Assembly (NCBI GenBank): GCA_964573185.1
Contig: CAZNIQ010000003.1
Span: 1-32,000, forward strand
Direction of reading: 5' to 3'
Length of the DNA stretch: 32,000 nt
Source of the DNA: Candidatus Woesearchaeota archaeon
Lineage (GTDB): Archaea > Nanobdellota > Nanobdellia > Nanobdellales > CAZNIQ01
Shown: positions 8,897-15,791 of the stretch, one piece after another
Numbering within the stretch: the stretch's first letter is position 1
How the letters are laid out: every line of letters begins with the position of its first letter
Translations under genes and position numbers: made by a program
Notes under the pieces: model-generated
What the model saw: only the letters and a program-made list of their open reading frames with translations
What the model was told of the DNA's origin: nothing
Database searches by the model: none

Positions 8897-9718
8897 TTGA
8901 TGCATCAGTACAAAAACGCCTTACAATGGACAATATTCTTTATCTTGTTAGCAGTTGCGTTAGCGATGTTATTGTTCGGGAACATTATCCTAAAGATTTT
9001 AGGGTTTATTTTATTAATTTACGTATTATCTGGAATTAGAGTAATCTATGAATACGAAAGGGGAGTTTTATTTATTTTAGGAAAATACATTGGCTTGTTA
9101 AGTCCGGGTTTGGTCTGGATCATTCCTATTTTACAAGATTTAAGAAAAGTTGATTTAAGAATACAGTCTGTTGACATCCCACCTCAGGAAGTTATGACAA
9201 AAGATAACGTACCGGTTAAAGTTAACGGTGTTGTTTTCTTTAGGGTAGAATATCCTGATAAAGCAATTCTGAACGTAAAAGATTATAAGTTAGCAACCGT
9301 ACTATATGCACAAACAGTTTTAAGAGATATTATAGGAAATGTTGAGCTAGATGAATTACTACAGAAAAGAGAGGAAATTGGAGAGAGAATAAGAAAAGTA
9401 GTTGATGAAATAACAGATCAGTGGGGTATAGATGTTACAGGAGTTAGAATTCAAGATATAGTAATTCCTGAAGAAATAAAGAGAGCTATTGCTAGGCAAG
9501 CAGAAGCTGAAAGAGAAAAAAGAGCCGTAATTATAAAGTCTGAAGGAGAATTAAAAGCTGCAGAGAACTTACAGAAAGCTGCTGAAATTTTAGCAAAAGT
9601 ACCGGAAGCTATAACATTAAGAGTTCTACATACTTTAACAGATATTTCTGGTGATCCGAATCAGAAAGTAATAATATTATTACCTACAGATATCGTTAAA
9701 ATTTTGAAGAAAGAATAA
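8897..9718 (+). CDS. SPFH/band-7 protein (stomatin/prohibitin homologue)
   Basis: N-terminal transmembrane helices followed by an SPFH core (RVIYEYERGVLFILGKY...VDLRIQSVDIPPQEVMTKDNVPVKVNGVVFFRV...IQDIVIPEEIKRAIARQAEAEREKRA). The ATG at 8900 is a more likely start than the TTG at 8897. Confidence 0.88.
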   Translation: MMHQYKNALQWTIFFILLAVALAMLLFGNIILKILGFILLIYVLSGIRVIYEYERGVLFILGKYIGLLSPGLVWIIPILQDLRKVDLRIQSVDIPPQEVMTKDNVPVKVNGVVFFRVEYPDKAILNVKDYKLATVLYAQTVLRDIIGNVELDELLQKREEIGERIRKVVDEITDQWGIDVTGVRIQDIVIPEEIKRAIARQAEAEREKRAVIIKSEGELKAAENLQKAAEILAKVPEAITLRVLHTLTDISGDPNQKVIILLPTDIVKILKKE

Positions 9719-9721
9719 AAG

Positions 9722-11470
9722 TTATTTTTTCTTTTTTAATTCTTTATATTTTTGGTAAAGCTTGTATCCAATTTCCTTTTCTTTTTCTTTAATCTCAGAA
9801 CATGCTTGTAAAACAATTTCTTTTGCTTCCTCAATAGTTTTTTCTTTTAAATAAACTTTTCCCTTCTCAATTAAATGCAAATTCTTCTCTAACTTTCTAG
9901 TTAACTCCACAGAGAAAATTTCAGGAATATATTGCTCTAAAATTTCTATAACAACTCTCCCCAAAGTAGTTATCTGTATAGCCTTCCTTCCTTTTATATA
10001 CCTTCTTTTATAGAGAATATAAACTATCTGAGGTCTTGTAGCTTTTGTACCTAATTCCAATTCCTCTAATTTTTTAACTAAAGAAGCAGGAGAGTATCTT
10101 GGTGGAGGTTCAGTATACCTTTTCTCTATTTTTGGATATCCTCTCAAAATTTCACCTTCTTTAAATAAAATACTTTCAAACTCTTTAGAATAAATTTTCC
10201 AATAAACTCTTATCCATTCACTTTCTAGAAGCCTGTCTTTGAATTTATATTCATAAATAAAGGGTATATCATTGCTTCTAGCAAGAACTTTTATATAATA
10301 ATAGTAAGAGTGATCCAAAAATGTTGCAATAAATCTTCTAACAACTAAATCGTAAATTAAGAATTCTTTTTTATTAAGATTCTTAGGAATTTCTCCTGTG
10401 GGATGAATCGCTGGATGAACGTCATCTTTAGGTCCATTATTTGGAATTAATTTTTCTTTTCTCAAAGTTATAGCAATATATTCTTTATATAAGTTTATTT
10501 TACTTAAACTTTCAAAAATTTCTCTAAAATTTATTGTAAATGGCAATTTTTGAGATTCAGTTCTAGGATATGAAATATATCCTTGTTCGTAAAGCTTCTG
10601 GGCAATATCTAATGTTCTTTTAGGAGAAATTCTATACAATTTCCATGCATCTTGCTGAAGATCTGATAAATTATAAGGATAGGGAGGATTTAATATTACT
10701 TTCTTTTTAATTACTTTTTCTATTTTTAAATAATTATTACATCTATTTTTTAATTCCAAAGCTTGTTTATAATCTTTAATTATATTTGGATACATAAATT
10801 TAGCCTTTGTTTGGAAAAATAATAAATAATATGGTTCTGGCTTAAAGCTTTCTATCTCTCTTTCTCTTTCGTAAACTAATTTTAGTGTAGGTCCTTGTAC
10901 TCTTCCTATACTTAACACCACTTTTTTAACATAGTGTCTGATAGCTTTTGTTAATGCTCTAGAGAGATTTATTCCATAAATCCAATCAACGATATGCCTT
11001 GTTTCTCCAGCTAAAGCAAAAGATAAATTCATCTCTTTCAAATTATAGAAAGCATAAAGAATGTCTTTTCTAGTAATTGCAGAAAAAATCATCCTATAAG
11101 CATTATTTCTATTAAAGATAAACCTTAATATATTATATCCAATTAATTCTCCTTCTATATCATAATCGGTTGCAATAATTATTTTATTTTCATTTCTAAA
11201 TCTCTTTAGAATATTTATAAATTTCTTTTTAACATAAATTTTATCCTCTATATAAGCAGGAACCCATTTATAATTAAAAGAAGGATAATACATATCTTTT
11301 CTTAAATCAGATAAAGTAAAAAGGTGTCCTAAAGCAGAAGTAATGTAAACTTTTTCATTATTCAATTTAAAATAAATTAGAGGTGGAAATTTTGAAAGAA
11401 CTTTAAACTTATTAGATAAAAAACTAGCAATCTTCCTTGCAACAGAAGGTTTTTCTGCAATTATAAGCAT
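9722..11470 (-). CDS. topA: type IA DNA topoisomerase, Topo III-like core (TOPRIM + domains II-IV), no C-terminal zinc ribbons
   Basis: MLIIAEKPSVARKIA carries the catalytic Glu motif and is AEKPS-type rather than the VESP-type of reverse gyrase/Topo I. ATDYDIEGELIG is the TOPRIM DxD motif and GYISYPRTES holds the active-site Tyr. It is 582 aa and ends in a Lys-rich helix with no Cys clusters. Confidence 0.88.
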   Translation of the reverse strand: MLIIAEKPSVARKIASFLSNKFKVLSKFPPLIYFKLNNEKVYITSALGHLFTLSDLRKDMYYPSFNYKWVPAYIEDKIYVKKKFINILKRFRNENKIIIATDYDIEGELIGYNILRFIFNRNNAYRMIFSAITRKDILYAFYNLKEMNLSFALAGETRHIVDWIYGINLSRALTKAIRHYVKKVVLSIGRVQGPTLKLVYEREREIESFKPEPYYLLFFQTKAKFMYPNIIKDYKQALELKNRCNNYLKIEKVIKKKVILNPPYPYNLSDLQQDAWKLYRISPKRTLDIAQKLYEQGYISYPRTESQKLPFTINFREIFESLSKINLYKEYIAITLRKEKLIPNNGPKDDVHPAIHPTGEIPKNLNKKEFLIYDLVVRRFIATFLDHSYYYYIKVLARSNDIPFIYEYKFKDRLLESEWIRVYWKIYSKEFESILFKEGEILRGYPKIEKRYTEPPPRYSPASLVKKLEELELGTKATRPQIVYILYKRRYIKGRKAIQITTLGRVVIEILEQYIPEIFSVELTRKLEKNLHLIEKGKVYLKEKTIEEAKEIVLQACSEIKEKEKEIGYKLYQKYKELKKKK

Positions 11471-11499
11471 TAAAATTTTCTAGAGAATAAAAATTTATA

Positions 11500-11597
11500 G
11501 TGATGAAGACCCAGGACTCTGAGACCCCGGTAACCCCGAAGGGCCAGAGATCCCGTAAAGGGTTACGATGAAGGCCCGGTCCTTATCCGGGGTATCT
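11500..11597. ncRNA. GC-rich structured RNA candidate of unknown class, with a 5' C-box/12-nt/D-box half-module
   Basis: 57 of 100 nt are G or C for 11501-11600 by hand count, against a roughly 30% background. GUGAUGA (11500-06) is followed by a 12-nt spacer and CUGA (11519-22). Nested complementary segments are ACCCCGG (11524-30)/CCGGGGU (11587-93) and UAACCC (11531-36)/GGGUUA (11560-65), plus a small AAGG-CCCGGU-CCUU hairpin. The strand is not certain; the minus strand would present a cUUCGg tetraloop. Confidence 0.4.
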
Positions 11598-11645
11598 ATG
11601 ATGAGCGGTGAGGAACTGATTACTGATGATGGTGATCCGGACTGA
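11598..11645 (+). ncRNA. C/D box sRNA (2'-O-methylation guide)
   Basis: Canonical archaeal layout: C box AUGAUGA (11598-604), 11-nt guide GCGGUGAGGAA, D' box CUGA (11616-19), 3-nt loop UUA, C' box CUGAUGA (11623-29), 12-nt guide UGGUGAUCCGGA and D box CUGA (11642-45). It lies antisense to the last codons of the phosphoesterase gene. Confidence 0.6.
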
Positions 11646-12174
11646 TCTTGAATTTCACATCTATTTTATTTTTCTTTAATTCTAAAATAGCAACGCTTTT
11701 AGTTACTATTGGATATTCTCCGGAAGCAACACCCGTAGCTGTTCCAGGGTTTACATAGTAGATCCCTTGGTAATATGTAAACAGAGGTAAATGTGTATGT
11801 CCAAAGATTACTATCTTTGCATTTTTTGCTTTAGCATATTCATATATTTGATCTAAATCCCCCCTAGGATAGACTTCATCTGAGTGAAATACAAATATCC
11901 TCCATCCTTCTATATCTAAAACCAATTCTCTTGGCAGATCTAAGTAATCTGTATTTCCTTGTACAGCTTTGACTTCGGCAATCGTTTCTAACTCTTCAAG
12001 GACTTTTGGATCATTTATATCTCCAGTATGGATGATTAAATCTACCTTTTCTTTTTCAAACCATTCTAAGAATTCCTCCGGTATTTTGCTAGCTCTCCTT
12101 GGTATATGAGTATCCCCTATTAATCCTAATTTCATAAATACAATATATGCCGTTACATCCTTCAATTTTTCCAA
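11620..12174 (-). CDS. metallophosphoesterase, YfcE/MJ0936 family
   Basis: MKLGLIGDTHIP, HTGDI, GNTD, FGHTH and NPGT motifs are all present. The family N-terminus suggests the true start is Met14 at 12135. The C-terminal SPDHHHQ tail is encoded antisense to the C/D sRNA. Confidence 0.85.
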   Translation of the reverse strand: MEKLKDVTAYIVFMKLGLIGDTHIPRRASKIPEEFLEWFEKEKVDLIIHTGDINDPKVLEELETIAEVKAVQGNTDYLDLPRELVLDIEGWRIFVFHSDEVYPRGDLDQIYEYAKAKNAKIVIFGHTHLPLFTYYQGIYYVNPGTATGVASGEYPIVTKSVAILELKKNKIDVKFKISPDHHHQ

Positions 12175-12397
12175 TCAAATCTTCTATAATCTTCGTATCC
12201 CCCTCAATTTTTAGCATTTCTTCAAGTTCTGACTCTTTAATAATAATAGAAAGCATGCGATATTCTTTATTCTTTCTTGTAAAGAAAAAGTAAGATAGTG
12301 TACGTTTATCATTTCTAATGTTGTAACTGTATGAGTATTCTATGATTTCATATCCCTTGCTTTTTAAAGATTTGAGAAAAAGCTTAAGCATTTTCAA
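12089..12397 (-). CDS. hypothetical small protein, paralog B of a tandem pair
   Basis: 102 aa. It aligns by eye with the upstream ORF: L..L..LK..G, SYN, T..F, and a GKI..C....C.I.E tail. It overlaps its neighbours at both ends. Confidence 0.5.
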   Translation of the reverse strand: MKMLKLFLKSLKSKGYEIIEYSYSYNIRNDKRTLSYFFFTRKNKEYRMLSIIIKESELEEMLKIEGDTKIIEDLIGKIEGCNGIYCIYEIRINRGYSYTKES

Positions 12398-12689
12398 TTA
12401 AATAACATTTATCATCTTCACATTTTATTTTACCTTCAAAATACTTTTTTATAATTTGAATATACTTTTTAGGAAACTCTATACTTATTTTATATTCATC
12501 GTTTATTCGTGATGCTCTTATTTTTATAAATTCTACATCTTCATTTATTTTATATAATAAAGCTTCAAATACGTATGTCTTATGAATTCCGTTTAAGTTG
12601 TAGCTTTTCTGTTCTGAAATTGTACCCCTCCATCCTTCCTTTTTTAATTCTTCCAATAACGTTTTGATTCTACTCTCTAGTGATGACAT
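12384..12689 (-). CDS. hypothetical small protein, paralog A of a tandem pair
   Basis: 101 aa. It shares LLEELKKEGW...SYNLNG...T.VF...GKIKCEDDKCYLIE motifs with 12089-12397. Confidence 0.55.
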   Translation of the reverse strand: MSSLESRIKTLLEELKKEGWRGTISEQKSYNLNGIHKTYVFEALLYKINEDVEFIKIRASRINDEYKISIEFPKKYIQIIKKYFEGKIKCEDDKCYLIENA

Positions 12690-12722
12690 TTTATTTAATT
12701 CAAAATAAAATTTAAACTTTTA

Positions 12723-13703
12723 ATGAAGGTCTCAATACTAATAGGAACTATAATAGGGGCAGGTGTTCTGTCTTTACCTTACGTATATTCAAAATTAGGC
12801 CCTATTTTAGCAATTCTGTTAACCTTTCTATTTTCTCTTTTCTTTATTCTTATTGCAATAATTTATTCAAAAATAGCTTTAATGTACGGAAAGCATCAAT
12901 TCCCTGGATATGTTGAACTCTTTTTTGGCAAAAAAATAAAATATACCGTGTTATTGCTCTTGCTTATAACTTTATATGGAACTGTATTATCTTATTATAT
13001 TGCTCAAGCAAATGCTATCTACAATCTTACTGGGATACCAAAATATCTTGCTATTTTGTTATCCTTTCTTTTACTAAATCTAGCTTTAATAAAAAATATA
13101 AAAAGTGTTGAAGATTTCGAAAAAGCTAACGTATTAATTGTTATTTCTTTTCTGATAACGATTTCCTTCTATTTTTTAACATTTTACAATATAAATATCA
13201 ATAAACTATTTGAAATCCATCCGGAACATGTGGTTTATTTTATAGGGCCAATAATATTTTCTCTTTTTGGCCTAAATGCTATACCAGAATTAAGGGAGTT
13301 AATAAGTGATGAAAAGGAATTTAGGAATACTATAATCATTGGTTACTTAATACCTACAATTTTATACATATTGTTTTCACTATCTATTGTTTTAACTCAT
13401 AACGATATACCAAGCATAGCAACATTTCTTTTAGGACCATTAGGATATATCTTAACTTATATAATAACATTTAATCCAATGGTCTCTTTATCTTACGCTA
13501 TAAAAGAAATTTATCTCTTTGATTTAAAGCTAGATAATGAATTATCTCATGTTTTAACTGTTTTGCCGCCATTTTTGATCTCTTTTATTATAAATGATCC
13601 AAAACAATTTGTAGGAGTATTATCAATTGTTGGCTGGTTATCTTTTTTAATAAGTATTCCCTTGATAGTAGTAATGTATTTAAGAATGAGAACGAAAAGA
13701 TAG
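12723..13703 (+). CDS. amino-acid permease-like transporter (AAAP/HAAAP-type), short form
   Basis: The N-terminal IGTIIGAGVLSLPYV motif is typical of Aa_trans and hydroxy/aromatic amino-acid permeases. There are about 9-10 hydrophobic helices. At 326 aa it is shorter than typical members. Confidence 0.55.
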   Translation: MKVSILIGTIIGAGVLSLPYVYSKLGPILAILLTFLFSLFFILIAIIYSKIALMYGKHQFPGYVELFFGKKIKYTVLLLLLITLYGTVLSYYIAQANAIYNLTGIPKYLAILLSFLLLNLALIKNIKSVEDFEKANVLIVISFLITISFYFLTFYNININKLFEIHPEHVVYFIGPIIFSLFGLNAIPELRELISDEKEFRNTIIIGYLIPTILYILFSLSIVLTHNDIPSIATFLLGPLGYILTYIITFNPMVSLSYAIKEIYLFDLKLDNELSHVLTVLPPFLISFIINDPKQFVGVLSIVGWLSFLISIPLIVVMYLRMRTKR

Positions 13704-13705
13704 AT

Positions 13706-14299
13706 ATGTATTACAAAAGCAATGAGGAAGAGTTCTTCAATTTTTACAGAAGAGTAGCTGAAAAAATAAGACCTAAAATTTATATAGGGGTTTTAGGTGG
13801 AGGAACCCAACATATTTTCTTTTTGAAATACTCTAGAATCACTATTTTAATAGACTTAAACTTGAAGCAAATAGAATATATAAAAGATTATAGGGATAAA
13901 GATTGTTCCTATATTTCAGAAAAACATAGCAAATACCCTATTTTTCCAGAATATGTATATCAAATTTGCTTGAAGTACGGAGACGTCTTAAAGTTAACTT
14001 CTGAAGAAGAATTAATTAATGCAGATATTTGGAAGATCCCCGTAAGAAAGGCAGATTTGATTTATCTTTCAAACGTACCTGATTACTTGCTAGATAAGTT
14101 TTATAGAAGAAGGGAGTATCAGGAAGGAATTAAGACTTTAGTTAAAAAATTAGAAGAATTGCTGGAAATCTCGAATTACATTTTATTTGTCAATATGTAT
14201 ACACATTTATGGTTTTTGTATTCTAAGCTTCAAAGAATTCTAGAAAGGAAATATAAGGTTGTAAGATATAAGGATGCATATGTGGTTGGAAAAACCTGA
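13706..14299 (+). CDS. hypothetical protein, weakly Rossmann/class-I-methyltransferase-like
   Basis: IGVLGGGTQ (motif I-like), ILIDLN (acidic beta2 end) and ADLIYLSNVPDYL (motif IV-like). The assignment is tentative. Confidence 0.4.
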   Translation: MYYKSNEEEFFNFYRRVAEKIRPKIYIGVLGGGTQHIFFLKYSRITILIDLNLKQIEYIKDYRDKDCSYISEKHSKYPIFPEYVYQICLKYGDVLKLTSEEELINADIWKIPVRKADLIYLSNVPDYLLDKFYRRREYQEGIKTLVKKLEELLEISNYILFVNMYTHLWFLYSKLQRILERKYKVVRYKDAYVVGKT

Positions 14300-15791
14300 C
14301 ATTCATTGGAAAGCTTATGATGTTTTAGCTCACCAAATTGTAGGATTAACAATTGATTTCGGAGAAGCTGATATAGATTTTGTTTGGAGAACTATAAAAA
14401 GATGTTACCTGTATAAAGATTTAACTTATGAAGAATTCTTGAAATTGCTTGAATTTTTAGATTCTTTAAAGTTAATAAAGTTTGATAAAGAAAATAAAAA
14501 GATAACAAAAACTAGAAAGGGATTTTTCTATTATTTAGAAAATGTTTCAATGATTCCAGATGAAAAATCATATGATGTAATAGATATTAACACTAGAACA
14601 AAAATAGGTATTTTACATGAGGAATTTGTTGCTAAGCATGGGGAGCCAGGTACAATATTTATTTTAAGAGGTTTGCCTTGGAAAATAGAAAAAATAGAAA
14701 AAGATAAAATATATGTTTCATTGGAAAAAGATTTTGAAAGTGCTATACCATCTTGGGAAGGAGAATTAATTCCAGTACCTTTCGAGGTTGCACAACTAGC
14801 TACTGAATTAAAAAAAGAAAATTTAGAGAAATTTGAGGAATTAAAGAATCAAAAATATTGGTTTATACCTGATAAAAACAAAATCTTTATAGAATCATAC
14901 AAAGATTTTATAATAATCCATTCTCCTTTTGGTTCAAAAGTTAATGATACGTTATCAAGGCTATTGGCTTATATCCTTTCAAAAGAATATGGTTTAGTCG
15001 TTGGTTTAAAAACAGACCCTTATAGAATTATTCTGAAAGGAAACATATCTAAAGAAAAAGTGAAAGAAACTTTAGAAAGTTTACCAGAGGATATTGAAAA
15101 TATATTAAAAGAAGCTTTATTTTATATGGATTATTTTTTATGGAGGTTTAAGCATGTAGCTAGAAGATTTGGTATAATATCTAAAAAAGCAGAATATTCT
15201 AAAGGATTCTTAAGAAGACTAGCTGAAAGTTTAAAAGATACTTTTGTTGTAGAGGAAACTTTCAAAGAAATCTTTACAGAAAAGCTGGATATTGAGAGAA
15301 CTAAAGAAATTATAAAGAAAATAAAAGAAGGAGAAATAAAGATTGAAATTATTAATAAAGATAAGCCAAGTCCTTTAGCGATACTTGGATTGGAAACATA
15401 CATATCTGATATAATGTTAGCTGATAGATATAAGGAGATTATAAGGTTAGTTAAAGAGAGATTAGAGAACACCGAATTAATATTTGTTTGTATGAATTGT
15501 AAAAGAATATACAAAATGAAAGTAAAAGATTGGAAGCCATTTAAATGCGTATGTGGTTCAGAATATTTTGGAGTTGTGAAAAGAGAGGAAGATATCAAAA
15601 AAGAAGAAGTTCTTTATGCTACAGCGGATTTATTGAAGCAATGTGGTAAGAAATTCCTTTTAATATATGCAGGCAAAGGAATTAGTTATACTGTAGCAGC
15701 TCATTTATGCTCAAAGAAATACGAAAATGAAGAGCAATTAATTTTAGATATTATTGAGTTTGAGAAAAAGTTTTTGAAAAGAAGATTTTAA
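14274..15791 (+). CDS. Lhr-type large helicase-related protein, C-terminal half only (winged-helix + DEAD/H-associated domain + Zn ribbon)
   Basis: It begins with YDVLAHQIVGLTIDFGEADIDFVWRTIKRCYLYKDLTYEEFLKLLEFLDS, which matches the WH/DEAD_assoc segment that follows RecA2 in Lhr helicases. It has a C-terminal CMNC...CVCG zinc ribbon. No helicase motifs (Walker A, DEAH) occur in this ORF or upstream. Confidence 0.7.
   Translation: MHMWLEKPDIHWKAYDVLAHQIVGLTIDFGEADIDFVWRTIKRCYLYKDLTYEEFLKLLEFLDSLKLIKFDKENKKITKTRKGFFYYLENVSMIPDEKSYDVIDINTRTKIGILHEEFVAKHGEPGTIFILRGLPWKIEKIEKDKIYVSLEKDFESAIPSWEGELIPVPFEVAQLATELKKENLEKFEELKNQKYWFIPDKNKIFIESYKDFIIIHSPFGSKVNDTLSRLLAYILSKEYGLVVGLKTDPYRIILKGNISKEKVKETLESLPEDIENILKEALFYMDYFLWRFKHVARRFGIISKKAEYSKGFLRRLAESLKDTFVVEETFKEIFTEKLDIERTKEIIKKIKEGEIKIEIINKDKPSPLAILGLETYISDIMLADRYKEIIRLVKERLENTELIFVCMNCKRIYKMKVKDWKPFKCVCGSEYFGVVKREEDIKKEEVLYATADLLKQCGKKFLLIYAGKGISYTVAAHLCSKKYENEEQLILDIIEFEKKFLKRRF

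Noticed and set aside
11523-11597. GC-rich hairpin considered as an archaeal H/ACA guide RNA.
   Set aside because: A lower stem, internal loops and a K-turn-like CGAUGA are present. However, no ACA/ANA box follows the 3' strand of the basal helix; the sequence there is AUCUAU. The key defining motif is missing.
11620-11646. His-rich C-terminal tail (SPDHHHQ) of the phosphoesterase considered as a functional metal-binding extension.
   Set aside because: The His codons are simply the reverse complement of the C' box/guide (CTGATGATGGTG) of the C/D sRNA on the other strand. The tail is most simply a by-product of read-through into the RNA gene.
11500-11650. GC-rich island considered as a tRNA or a Nanoarchaeum-type split tRNA half.
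   Set aside because: There is no T-arm (GTTCRANYC-like loop flanked by a 5-bp stem) on either strand. I found no D-arm or acceptor-stem cloverleaf pairing and no 7-nt anticodon-loop context.
12136-12174. 13-codon N-terminal extension (MEKLKDVTAYIVF) of the phosphoesterase ORF.
   Set aside because: YfcE/MJ0936-family proteins begin at the MK(I/L)G.ISDTH strand. Met14 at 12135 gives that N-terminus and shortens the overlap with the upstream ORF. The longer coordinate is kept in the feature table only because the start cannot be proven from sequence.
15131-15598. 155-aa minus-strand ORF inside the Lhr C-terminal gene, and the 93-aa plus-strand ORF (16071-16352) inside nop5.
   Set aside because: These are antisense shadow ORFs, common in AT-rich, Lys/Glu-rich coding sequence. 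They have Ser/Ile/Phe-rich composition and no independent start context.
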